Source of the DNA: Parasynechococcus marenigrum WH 8102
GTDB lineage: Bacteria > Cyanobacteriota > Cyanobacteriia > PCC-6307 > Cyanobiaceae
DNA length: 32,000 bases
Assembly: GCF_000195975.1 (NCBI RefSeq)
Contig: NC_005070.1
Span: 1,230,001-1,262,000, forward strand
Direction: 5' to 3'
Numbering within the stretch: the first letter of the stretch is position 1; each line of letters begins with the position of its first letter. The notes beneath the pieces were generated by a model that saw nothing but the letters and a program-made list of their open reading frames with translations, had not been told where the DNA came from and ran no database searches. Position numbers and translations under genes: made by a program. Positions 17,391 through 25,455 of the stretch are shown piece after piece.

Positions 17391-18602
17391 TCAGGTGCAG
17401 GCGTCAATCGCCCGGATCAACAAGGGTGGAACAGCGTCCAGATCGTCGTCGTTCAGCCAGGGACCAAGGCTGAAACGCAACAACGATTGCCTCCAGCTGG
17501 GCGCAACATTCATGGCGGTGAGCACGGCACTGTCTTGGGCATGACCGGAACGGCATGCGCTGCCGCTGCTGCAGGCCACACCCAGCCGCGATAGCTGCTG
17601 CACCAGTCGCCGACCCGCAAGGGGATGGCCCGCTCTGTCTGCGATCAGGCAAGCCAGGTGATGGGGCAGTCGCGGCTCTTCAGTGGCATTGATCACCGTC
17701 AGCGAGGGAATGGCTTCCAGCTTTGATTGCAATCGATCCCGCATGGAACGGATTTGAGGAGTGGACCCCGGCGGAGCCATCGATTGATGTGGATTGAACC
17801 GTGGAAGCTGTTGCAAGGCCACCGCAAGGCCTGCAATCAGTGCGACGGCTTCGGTACCGGCGCGATAACCCCCTTCCTGCCCCCCTCCTGTTAGCAGAGG
17901 TTGAGCCAGGACACCCTGGCGATGCAAGAGCACCCCAATCCCGCGTGGACCCTGCAATTTGTGGGAGGAGAAGCTGAGTAGATCGATGCAGGAGGTGGAC
18001 CAGTCCATGAGCCCCTGGGGGATGAGCTGGGTGGCGTCGGTGTGGAACGGAATGCCCCGTTCTCTGCAGGCGCTGGCCACCAGCGGTATGGGTTGAACCG
18101 TGCCGACTTCGCTCTGCCCCCAGATCAAGGAAACCAACTGCGTTGGTGGTGCCAGCAACTGATCCAGCAGTTCCAACCGGATCCGACCGCTCCCATCCAC
18201 AGGCCACCGCGCCACGGTCCACCCCAGTTGTGCGAGTTGGCCCGCTGCTCCCTCAACCGCGGGATGTTCCACCGCTGAAATCACAAGGCGCCCAGGTGGA
18301 CAACCAGCGGCGACACCCTGAAGGGCGAGGTGGACCGATTCGGTGGCACCTGAGGTGAAGATCAGCTCATCCTCATCAGCACTCAGTTGTGCGGCGATGG
18401 TCTGTCGGGATCGAGCCAGCTGTTCAGCGGCCACCAGTCCGGTGCCATGAAGGCTGCTGGGGTTGCCCCAGGCCTCCCGCTGAACAGCATTGATGCACTC
18501 AATAACCGACGGCAACGGTGGGGTTGTGGCCGCTGCGTCGAGGTAGAGCTCAGAGGGTGTCACGCTCAAACCGAGCCCGAGTCCGTTGCTCGAGAGATTC
18601 AC
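17391..18602 (-). CDS. Cysteine desulfurase (class V aminotransferase, NifS/IscS-like group I)
   Basis: 403-aa ORF. The PLP-lysine motif is SSHKLQGPRGIGVL, the active-site Cys loop is SSGSACRSG, and the N-terminus reads LYLDAAATTP. The tracked start is GTG 18602. In-frame TTG (18569) and GTG (18563) alternatives exist. Any of these overlaps the dapF 3' end. Confidence 0.85.
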   Translation of the reverse strand: MNLSSNGLGLGLSVTPSELYLDAAATTPPLPSVIECINAVQREAWGNPSSLHGTGLVAAEQLARSRQTIAAQLSADEDELIFTSGATESVHLALQGVAAGCPPGRLVISAVEHPAVEGAAGQLAQLGWTVARWPVDGSGRIRLELLDQLLAPPTQLVSLIWGQSEVGTVQPIPLVASACRERGIPFHTDATQLIPQGLMDWSTSCIDLLSFSSHKLQGPRGIGVLLHRQGVLAQPLLTGGGQEGGYRAGTEAVALIAGLAVALQQLPRFNPHQSMAPPGSTPQIRSMRDRLQSKLEAIPSLTVINATEEPRLPHHLACLIADRAGHPLAGRRLVQQLSRLGVACSSGSACRSGHAQDSAVLTAMNVAPSWRQSLLRFSLGPWLNDDDLDAVPPLLIRAIDACT

Positions 18603-19644
18603 TGGCCAGATTCAGCATGGCGTCCAGTGAGGTGCTGTTGAGGAAGGCCTGAACCTGCTGCTGGGCAGCATCACGCAGACAGTTGTCCGGTTGTTGGCAG
18701 CTGTCCACACAATCACGGGAACAGTCGAAGGGCGCGTTGTCCGCGACATCTGGCGTCAACGGCTCTGCAACGAGTGACTCTCCAACCGGCATCAGGTCCG
18801 GTGACAACACCCCATCGAACACCGCCACGGCCGGACCCGTCATCAGAACAGCACCATGGCGTCCAGGCCAGGCAATCTGGAGTGGACCGCCGGGCAGCAT
18901 CACCTCGGCATGGTCGTCAGCCAGTCCAAGCAGGACAGCAGCAACAAGGGTGGCGCAGGCACCTGTCCCACAGGCCAGCGTCGGTCCAGCACCGCGTTCC
19001 CACACACGGATCTCCAGACGGTTGCGGGCGTGCACCTGCAGGAAATGCACGTTGGTTTTGGCCGGGAACAGATGGTGAACCTCCAGGGCCGCCCCCCATG
19101 CGTCGAAGGGAATCGCGTTGAGGTCCTCCACCGGCACCACGACGTGGGGATTTCCCATCCCAACCGCTGCCACCTCCAGCGCTCGATCCGCAAGATCGGC
19201 CGATCCCCTCGCCAACCCGTCCACCAGCGGGAGAGTTGTGGGAATGCTTGAGGGTTCCAGGAAGGGAGCACCCATGTCGACGCGCAACTGACCATCGCTT
19301 TGCAGCTCCGGACGGATCAGGCCCGCCGGTGTTTCGATCGCCCAGCGTTTTCCAGGAGCGTCACCGTCGCTGTCGGCAAGAAAACGTGCCAGGCAGCGGA
19401 TGCCATTGCCACACATCTCTGCCTCGCTGCCGTCGGCGTTGAAAATCCGCATGCGCAGATCACCCTGCCCCTGGGGCGGCAGCGCAAGAATCACGCCGTC
19501 ACCACCGATTCCGAAGCGTCGGTCGCAGAGCTGCCTCACCCAGACGGGGTCCGGCTCAACGACCGATTGCGGCAACTGCCCTTGCCGCCCTTCCAGGATC
19601 AGGAAGTCATTGCCAAGTCCCTGATATTTGCTGAACTGCAGCAT
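18550..19644 (-). CDS. dapF: Diaminopimelate epimerase with an unusual 84-aa C-terminal extension
   Basis: The tracked ORF runs to 19977, but the canonical DapF N-terminus MLQFSKYQGLGNDFLILEG starts at ATG 19644. The catalytic Cys contexts are MCGNGIRC and ACGTGACA. The conserved end MTGPAVAVFDGVL is followed by 84 more in-frame codons before the TGA at 18550-18552. Confidence 0.88.
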   Translation of the reverse strand: MLQFSKYQGLGNDFLILEGRQGQLPQSVVEPDPVWVRQLCDRRFGIGGDGVILALPPQGQGDLRMRIFNADGSEAEMCGNGIRCLARFLADSDGDAPGKRWAIETPAGLIRPELQSDGQLRVDMGAPFLEPSSIPTTLPLVDGLARGSADLADRALEVAAVGMGNPHVVVPVEDLNAIPFDAWGAALEVHHLFPAKTNVHFLQVHARNRLEIRVWERGAGPTLACGTGACATLVAAVLLGLADDHAEVMLPGGPLQIAWPGRHGAVLMTGPAVAVFDGVLSPDLMPVGESLVAEPLTPDVADNAPFDCSRDCVDSCQQPDNCLRDAAQQQVQAFLNSTSLDAMLNLASESLEQRTRARFERDTL

Positions 19645-19653
19645 GGTGAGCTG

Positions 19654-19893
19654 ATGGCAGATCCGAATCTTATGGAGACTGCGCCCCTCGATCCCAGTCT
19701 GCCTGGGGTCCGATTGCTTCAGTCCTGGATCAGAGAGCAGCTGGCCATCAGCGTTGATGTGATCGGTTCCGAGCGGATTGAAGGTCGACTCATCTGGCAG
19801 GACCCCGAGTTTCTGGCCATCGAGCGGAGCCCTGCCACTCGCCCCACATTGATCAGTCGCCGCCAGATCTCTGTGATCCGCGCTCTCGGTTGA
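19654..19893 (+). CDS. Candidate small ORF (79 aa, or 73 aa from ATG 19672) in the dapF-leuS spacer; speculative
   Basis: This is the tail of tracked ORF 19300-19893: MADPNLMETAPLDPSLPGVRLLQSWIREQLAISVDVIGSERIEGRLIWQDPEFLAIERSPATRPTLISRRQISVIRALG. Hand-counted codon usage is gene-like for this genome: Ile ATC 8 vs ATT 1, Pro CCC 4 of 7, GC1/GC2/GC3 about 51/38/53 of 79. No SD sequence and no family were recognised. The start sits only 10-28 nt from the divergent dapF ATG. Confidence 0.3.
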   Translation: MADPNLMETAPLDPSLPGVRLLQSWIREQLAISVDVIGSERIEGRLIWQDPEFLAIERSPATRPTLISRRQISVIRALG

Positions 19894-19932
19894 AACCGCC
19901 GGATGTGACACGATCGCAACCTTGCCGACATC

Positions 19933-22515
19933 TTGTCGACCGTGAACAGCCGTTACTCGCCTGCGGACCTTGAACAACGCTGGCAGACGACCTGGCGATC
20001 AGAGGGGTTGGATGTCACTCCGGAGCCTGAAGACGGAAAGGGTTTCTACGCCCTGTCGATGTTTCCCTACCCCTCAGGGACCTTGCACATGGGCCATGTG
20101 CGCAATTACGTCATCACCGATGTGATCGCCCGCGTTCAACGGATGCGTGGCCACTCGGTGTTGCACCCGATGGGATGGGATGCCTTCGGTCTTCCCGCCG
20201 AAAATGCCGCGATAGAACGCAACGTTGATCCCGGCGATTGGACCGATCGCAACATCGATCAGATGCGATCGCAGCTGGATCGCCTCGGCTTGTCGATCGA
20301 CTGGGACCGTGAGCAGGCCACCTGCCACAGCGATTACTACCGATGGACCCAGTGGTTGTTCCTGGAGCTCTTCGATGGCGGTCTGGCCTACCGGAAGAAC
20401 GCAACGGTCAACTGGGATCCAGTCGATCAAACCGTTCTTGCCAACGAGCAGGTCGATGCCGACGGACGTTCCTGGCGATCCGGTGCACTGGTGGAACAGC
20501 GACAGTTAAATCAGTGGTTCCTGCGGATCACGCAGTACGCCGAAGCCCTGCTCAATGACCTCGATCAGCTGAGCGGATGGCCTGAGCGCGTTCGCACGAT
20601 GCAGGCCAACTGGATCGGTCGTTCCGAGGGTGCTGAGATCCAGTTCAAGGTGTCCTCCGATTCCGACACAACCATCACAGTGTTCACCACAAGGCCAGAC
20701 ACCTTGGCTGGTGCCAGCTGCGTGGTGCTCGCCCCGGACCACCCGTTGGTGAACAGCCTGACGAGCCCGGATCAGCAGGATGTTGTGCAGGCCTTCCAGG
20801 CAGAGGTGGCTCGCCTCAGTGCCTTGGAGCGCACCAGTGATGACGCTCCCAAGCGTGGAGTCTTCACTGGCGCCACCGTCCTCAATCCACTCAACGGCAG
20901 GGCATTGCCGGTGTGGATCGCGGACTATGTGCTGGTGGATTACGGCACCGGCGCCGTGATGGGAGTCCCCGCCCATGACCAGCGGGACCGACGCTTTGCG
21001 CAGAGCTACGGGCTGGCCGTTCAGCAAGTGATTGAGGCCGAGGGGGCCGCCGCTGCGATCGCGGCCGGAGAGGCCTGGACGGATCCTGGAGTGCTGATTC
21101 ATTCAGGAGACTTCGATGGTCTGAATTCCATCGAGGCCAAGGAGCGGATCACGCGCCACGGGGAGCAGCAGGGATGGGCAGTAGCGAAGGTCACCTATCG
21201 GCTGCGCGATTGGCTGATTTCAAGACAGCGCTACTGGGGCTGCCCGATTCCGATCATCCATTGCCCTAGCTGCGGTGCCGTTCCCGTGCCTCGCGAGGAC
21301 CTACCCGTGGTACTCCCACGCGGCATTGATCTGTCAGGGAAAGGAGGCTCACCACTTGAGCAGCAGCAGGATTGGGTCAACGTCCCCTGTCCCTCCTGTG
21401 GCGAACCGGCCAAACGCGAAACCGACACGATGGACACCTTCATGTGTTCGTCCTGGTATTTCCTCCGTTTCGCGGATCCACACAACACGGAACAGCCGTT
21501 CAGCCGTGAAGCCGTGAATCGCTGGCTGCCGGTGCAGCAGTACGTCGGCGGCATTGAGCACGCCATTTTGCATCTGCTGTATTCCCGCTTTTTCACCAAG
21601 GCGTTGAAGGATCGGGGCTTGATCGATGTGGCTGAACCATTTGATCGTCTGCTGACCCAGGGAATGGTTCAGGGAACGACATATCGCAATCCCAGCACCG
21701 GCAAATACGTCGCCTCTGCGGATGTGTCGGACCCGGAGACACCGACCGATCCGACCAGCGGTGAACCTCTGGAGGTGTTATTCGAAAAGATGTCGAAGTC
21801 GAAGTACAACGGCGTCGACCCTGCGGCAGTGATCGATCGCTACGGCGCCGACACCGCTCGCATGTTCATTTTGTTCAAGGCACCGCCCGAGAAGGACCTC
21901 GAATGGGATGACTCTGACGTGGAAGGTCAATTCCGCTTCCTGCAGCGGATCTGGCGGCTGGTGGAGTCCGCCGACTCCCGTATCGACAGCCTCGAGCCAG
22001 AGGAGCGTCCCGAGCCGTTGGCCGACACCGACGCCAAGGTTCGTCGTGCCATCCACATCGCCATCGATGCGGTGAGTGAGGACCTGCAGGACGAGATTCA
22101 GTTGAACACCGCCATCTCGGAGCTGATGAAGCTCACCAATGCGATCACTTCCGTTGGTGTTGCGGAGTTGAGCACGTCAGTGCTGAAGGAAGCCCTCTCA
22201 ACACTGCTTCGGCTTCTGGCACCCTTTGCTCCCCATCTTGCCGAAGAGCTTTGGCATCAGCTCGGGGGTACGTCCAGCGTGCATCGTGCCGGTTGGCCAG
22301 AACTGGACCCCAGTGCTTTGGTTCAGGATTCCGTGGACCTGGTGATTCAGATCAAGGGGAAGGTTCGGGGGACCATTCAGGTTCCCGCCGCCGCCGACAA
22401 AGAACAGCTTGAGGCCTTGGCACTGGCCAGTGAGATCGCTGCCAAATGGCTGGAGGGACACCCCCCCCGACGCGTGATTGTGGTGCCGGGGAAGTTGGTC
22501 AACCTGGTGCCCTGA
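19933..22515 (+). CDS. leuS: Leucine--tRNA ligase
   Basis: 860-aa ORF. The class I HIGH motif is in [15 protein letters not shown] and the KMSKS motif is in [14 protein letters not shown]. The CP1/editing region is present. The tracked start is TTG 19933, and in-frame GTG 19942 is an alternative. Confidence 0.95.
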   Translation: MSTVNSRYSPADLEQRWQTTWRSEGLDVTPEPEDGKGFYALSMFPYPSGTLHMGHVRNYVITDVIARVQRMRGHSVLHPMGWDAFGLPAENAAIERNVDPGDWTDRNIDQMRSQLDRLGLSIDWDREQATCHSDYYRWTQWLFLELFDGGLAYRKNATVNWDPVDQTVLANEQVDADGRSWRSGALVEQRQLNQWFLRITQYAEALLNDLDQLSGWPERVRTMQANWIGRSEGAEIQFKVSSDSDTTITVFTTRPDTLAGASCVVLAPDHPLVNSLTSPDQQDVVQAFQAEVARLSALERTSDDAPKRGVFTGATVLNPLNGRALPVWIADYVLVDYGTGAVMGVPAHDQRDRRFAQSYGLAVQQVIEAEGAAAAIAAGEAWTDPGVLIHSGDFDGLNSIEAKERITRHGEQQGWAVAKVTYRLRDWLISRQRYWGCPIPIIHCPSCGAVPVPREDLPVVLPRGIDLSGKGGSPLEQQQDWVNVPCPSCGEPAKRETDTMDTFMCSSWYFLRFADPHNTEQPFSREAVNRWLPVQQYVGGIEHAILHLLYSRFFTKALKDRGLIDVAEPFDRLLTQGMVQGTTYRNPSTGKYVASADVSDPETPTDPTSGEPLEVLFEKMSKSKYNGVDPAAVIDRYGADTARMFILFKAPPEKDLEWDDSDVEGQFRFLQRIWRLVESADSRIDSLEPEERPEPLADTDAKVRRAIHIAIDAVSEDLQDEIQLNTAISELMKLTNAITSVGVAELSTSVLKEALSTLLRLLAPFAPHLAEELWHQLGGTSSVHRAGWPELDPSALVQDSVDLVIQIKGKVRGTIQVPAAADKEQLEALALASEIAAKWLEGHPPRRVIVVPGKLVNLVP

Positions 22516-22533
22516 TCGGCAGATGCCGATCAG
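22512..22533. terminator. Perfect 10+10 bp inverted repeat spanning the whole leuS/pgi spacer and both stop codons (possible bidirectional terminator or 3' stabilising hairpin)
   Basis: The sequence is CTGATCGGCA-GA-TGCCGATCAG. The left arm contains the leuS TGA (22513-22515) and the right arm contains the complement of the pgi TGA (22530-22532). No flanking U-tract on either strand, so it is not a canonical intrinsic terminator. Confidence 0.4.
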
Positions 22534-24128
22534 CTGCAACTGAACCGGATGCTGGCCGGGTTGGCCCAATCCCCCTCGGCCCGGTAGCCCCGGTCATTGC
22601 CAGCGAGATGACGCATGATCCAGAAGATCGCCTCATCGCTCCCGTCACCAACGGCCTGCCTGATTTCACTGACGGTGCGTGGTGCGCCGTCTTTGAGAAC
22701 AGCTTCAACCCGGCTCTGCAGGTCGAGGATTGCCGCGGCAGCTTTCTTGCCGGCTTCCACGCCAGGCTGGTGATAAGCATTGATATTGACCAGATCGCCG
22801 TAGAAGCCCACGGCACGTTCGAACAGAGCAATCAACGCACCAAGACGACGCGCATCAAAGCGACGCATGCTGATGCTGAGGCTCTGGCGACCTCCTTCAG
22901 TCAACGCTGACCGCGTTCCTTGTAGGAAACCATCAAGAAAATCGCCTGGACATTCATCCTTGATCACAGGGATATCAGAAACATCCTCAAGCACCTCGAT
23001 GAAAGTGGCAAAAAAGTTGTCAACACCGTCTCGGAGCTGCTGTACGTAGGCGTGCTGGTCTGTGGATCCCTTGTTGCCGTAGACGGCGATGCCCTGATTC
23101 ACCTCGTTGCCGTCACGGTCTAGTCGCTTGCCCAGGGACTCCATCACCAGCTGCTGGAGGTAGCGGCTGAACACCTCGAGGCGATCGCGATAGGGAAGCA
23201 CCACCATGTCGCGACGTCCCTTGCCGTCCCCAGCAACGAACCATGAGGCCGCCATCAGTGCTGCTGGATTGCGCCGGAGATCCGCCAGACGAGTGGCATC
23301 GTCCATCTGGGCAGCACCAGCGAGAAAATCGCGGATGTCAGCTCCGATCAGAGCACCAGGCAGCAAGCCAACGGCACTGGTGATGCTGGTGCGTCCTCCC
23401 ACCCAATCGAACATCGAAAAGCTTTTAAGCCAGCCGTCTTGTTGGGCTTCCCGATCGAGTTTGCTGTCGACCATGGTGATAGCCACAGCCTGATCGGCCC
23501 AGCGGCCACCACGGGACTCCACACGATGGCGAGCCTGCTCCATACCCAGATGGGGCTCCGGCGTGCCGCCGGACTTGCTCACGGTGACCACAAGGGTTGT
23601 CGCCAGTCGATCGTCCAGCTCAGCCAAAACGGCACTCATGCCATTTGGATCGACGTTGTCGAAGAAGTGAAACGGCAGACCGGAGCCGTGGCCCTGCAGC
23701 GCTCTGATCATCAACAGGGGCCCCAGACCGCTACCGCCGATGCCGATCCAGAGAACATCCGTAAAGGGCTGTCCTCCGGGAGCTTTGATCACGCCGCTGA
23801 TCACATCCCGACCGAACTGATCGATCTGATCGATTTCTGTGGCGATTTGGTCTCGGACCGCCTCATTAGGCGCCAACTGCGGGGTCCTCAGCCAATAGTG
23901 ACCCACCTGACGCTGCTCATCAGGGTTGGCAATGGCACCAGCTTCGAGCTCGGCCATGGCCGCGAAGGCTTTATCGAATCCCGGTTGCAGCTGCTCGAGA
24001 TGGGATGGGTTGACATGCATGCGGCTGATGTCCAACCAGATGCCGAGATCTTCGTGATACCAGAGCAGGTCACAGAAGCGCTGCCATTGAATCTGAGCGT
24101 CACTGGCGCTGAAATCCGGGAAGCTCAT
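22530..24128 (-). CDS. pgi: Glucose-6-phosphate isomerase
   Basis: The tracked ORF runs to GTG 24197. The ATG at 24128 (MSFPDFSASDAQIQWQRFCDLLWYHEDLGIWLDISRM) gives a 532-aa product with the usual cyanobacterial PGI N-terminus. PGI blocks are GIGGSGLGP, VSKSGGTPE, FDWVGGRTS and GSTDQHAYVQQLRDG. Confidence 0.92.
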   Translation of the reverse strand: MSFPDFSASDAQIQWQRFCDLLWYHEDLGIWLDISRMHVNPSHLEQLQPGFDKAFAAMAELEAGAIANPDEQRQVGHYWLRTPQLAPNEAVRDQIATEIDQIDQFGRDVISGVIKAPGGQPFTDVLWIGIGGSGLGPLLMIRALQGHGSGLPFHFFDNVDPNGMSAVLAELDDRLATTLVVTVSKSGGTPEPHLGMEQARHRVESRGGRWADQAVAITMVDSKLDREAQQDGWLKSFSMFDWVGGRTSITSAVGLLPGALIGADIRDFLAGAAQMDDATRLADLRRNPAALMAASWFVAGDGKGRRDMVVLPYRDRLEVFSRYLQQLVMESLGKRLDRDGNEVNQGIAVYGNKGSTDQHAYVQQLRDGVDNFFATFIEVLEDVSDIPVIKDECPGDFLDGFLQGTRSALTEGGRQSLSISMRRFDARRLGALIALFERAVGFYGDLVNINAYHQPGVEAGKKAAAAILDLQSRVEAVLKDGAPRTVSEIRQAVGDGSDEAIFWIMRHLAGNDRGYRAEGDWANPASIRFSCS

Positions 24129-24244
24129 CGGGCCCTGATGGTGCACTCCGACTGAAGGTATCGAGGAACGACCGGGCTTGCCCATCTCCTGGGACACCCC
24201 GGCTAGTTTCGGTGCTGATTTGAGCAGAGTCCCGCCTCCAGTTC

Positions 24245-25018
24245 ATGCGTGAACGTCTGCAGCGCTGCGGTGCCCTGGTCCTGAGCCTGGCCCTTCTTTT
24301 TCCTCCCTCGGTCTCCAAGCCGTCGGCGGAGGTGTCTGAAGCGATCAATCAGGCCACTTCGCAAGACGAACGGCCTGATCCATCGATCTTTTCCCCTGAG
24401 GAATTGCAGTTGCTTCAGCAACGTTTCGGGGTGCACGGTCCACAGACGTCACTGGCGCAATTGTTCACGCGGGGCGTCGATCAGCTTCAACCTTTACGAG
24501 AGCTGACCATCGATCAGCTCCGACAGCTCAAGCCTGTGATCGTGAAGGAGTCTGCTCAGCATCGCGTCAATCCGATGCTGGTTACAGCCATTCTGTTCGA
24601 CGAAATTCAGCACGCCAAGCCCGGAGAAGGTCTTCCGTTTATCGCCCACTCCGGACTGGTCAAAACCCATGGTCCGGCGCAGCTCGCCATCACCGAGCTG
24701 ATCCACCAAAACCGTCTGCCTGCCAACCCCAGCGCCGATGAAATGGCCTGGGCCAGGAATCAACTGCTCGATCCAAAGATCAGTGTGGTGTTGCTGGTGG
24801 GAAAGATGATTCGACTCAAACAGGAGCTTGGGCTTCCCAGTGGTCGACGACTGGATGCCAGCAGTTCCTACGCGGATGCCAGGGCGATCGCCACCCTGGC
24901 CTACCTGCACAACGGAAAACTCGATTACCCCAGCCGCATCCTGAGCTACATGCAGGATCCTGAATTGCACGGGCTGATCTACAGCTCCCGCCGCAGCCAG
25001 CCCTACATGTTGATCTGA
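24245..25018 (+). CDS. Secreted hypothetical protein, weak lysozyme-like / lytic-transglycosylase-like resemblance
   Basis: 257-aa ORF with ATG at 24245 and a signal peptide (CGALVLSLALLFPPSVSKPSA). The block VNPMLVTAILFDEIQH...HGPAQLAITE loosely resembles SLT-domain motifs (vdPxLlxAiixxES...GLMQ). The functional call is low confidence. The opposite-strand ORF 24494-25057 is G-rich and judged spurious. Confidence 0.6.
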   Translation: MRERLQRCGALVLSLALLFPPSVSKPSAEVSEAINQATSQDERPDPSIFSPEELQLLQQRFGVHGPQTSLAQLFTRGVDQLQPLRELTIDQLRQLKPVIVKESAQHRVNPMLVTAILFDEIQHAKPGEGLPFIAHSGLVKTHGPAQLAITELIHQNRLPANPSADEMAWARNQLLDPKISVVLLVGKMIRLKQELGLPSGRRLDASSSYADARAIATLAYLHNGKLDYPSRILSYMQDPELHGLIYSSRRSQPYMLI

Positions 25019-25031
25019 ATCCCCTGAGTTC

Positions 25032-25352
25032 TTAGAAGTGGACGCCGAGTCCAACATTCAGCCAAGAGTGGTAAGGCGACACCACAACGCGTCGTGGTAC
25101 GGGGCGGTAAATGGGACGGTAAGTGGGGTGAACAACCTGTATCCAGGATGACCCGGTCGAGCGGACTGCGTGCTTGTAACCCTTCCGATACCCCTTGTCG
25201 TAAGCCTTCTGTTTCTTCTTGGATCCGTGATGGTGGTGATGGCCATGCCAGTCGTGGTGGACCTTATGGGCGTGAGCTTCCGAACCAAAAGTCAGACCTG
25301 CCAGGGCCACAGCGGCAATGCCACTGACGACGACCAGTCCGTTGGATGCCAT
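25032..25352 (-). CDS. Small secreted histidine-rich protein (106 aa), possible metal-binding
   Basis: ATG at 25352 (the tracked TTG at 25361 is less likely). The signal peptide is MASNGLVVVSGIAAVALAGLTFGSEAHA. It is followed by HKVHHDWHGHHHHHGS, with 10 His in 16 residues. A K/Y-rich basic stretch comes next, and the C-terminus is SWLNVGLGVHF. Confidence 0.6.
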   Translation of the reverse strand: MASNGLVVVSGIAAVALAGLTFGSEAHAHKVHHDWHGHHHHHGSKKKQKAYDKGYRKGYKHAVRSTGSSWIQVVHPTYRPIYRPVPRRVVVSPYHSWLNVGLGVHF

Positions 25353-25455
25353 GTGCCTCAAATCAACTGATCAAACCGTACGAAGCGTGCTCCGACAGAA
25401 GGTAACTGGAGCTGGTGTGATGAATGACTGAATGTGATCGGCATGAAACCCATGC

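Noticed and set aside
19645-19977. 111-codon upstream extension of the dapF ORF (tracked start TTG 19977)
   Set aside because: The canonical DapF N-terminus MLQFSKYQGLGNDF begins at ATG 19644. The extension would overlap the leuS start. Its codon usage is atypical (Asp GAT 8 versus GAC 1, many GGG Gly). The openness of this frame is nevertheless recorded under the spacer finding.
24129-24197. 23-codon N-terminal extension of pgi (GTG 24197, or ATG 24185)
   Set aside because: The conserved PGI N-terminus starts near ATG 24128, and the extension has no conserved character. The start remains uncertain without comparative data.
25441-25455. Short inverted repeat GCATG-AAACC-CATGC immediately after the amidase stop
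   Set aside because: The stem is only 5 bp with no U-tract, which is too weak to call a terminator.
25353-25455. 103-nt spacer between the amidase gene and the His-rich gene, and the other spacers over 50 nt (16599-16655, 24129-24244, 30148-30220), examined for tRNA, sRNA or riboswitch features
   Set aside because: No tRNA-like T-arm or acceptor pattern was seen. No Yfr1-type CUCCUCACAC motif and no NtcA (GTA-N8-TAC) or LexA-like box were recognisable. The spacers are too short for known riboswitch aptamers.
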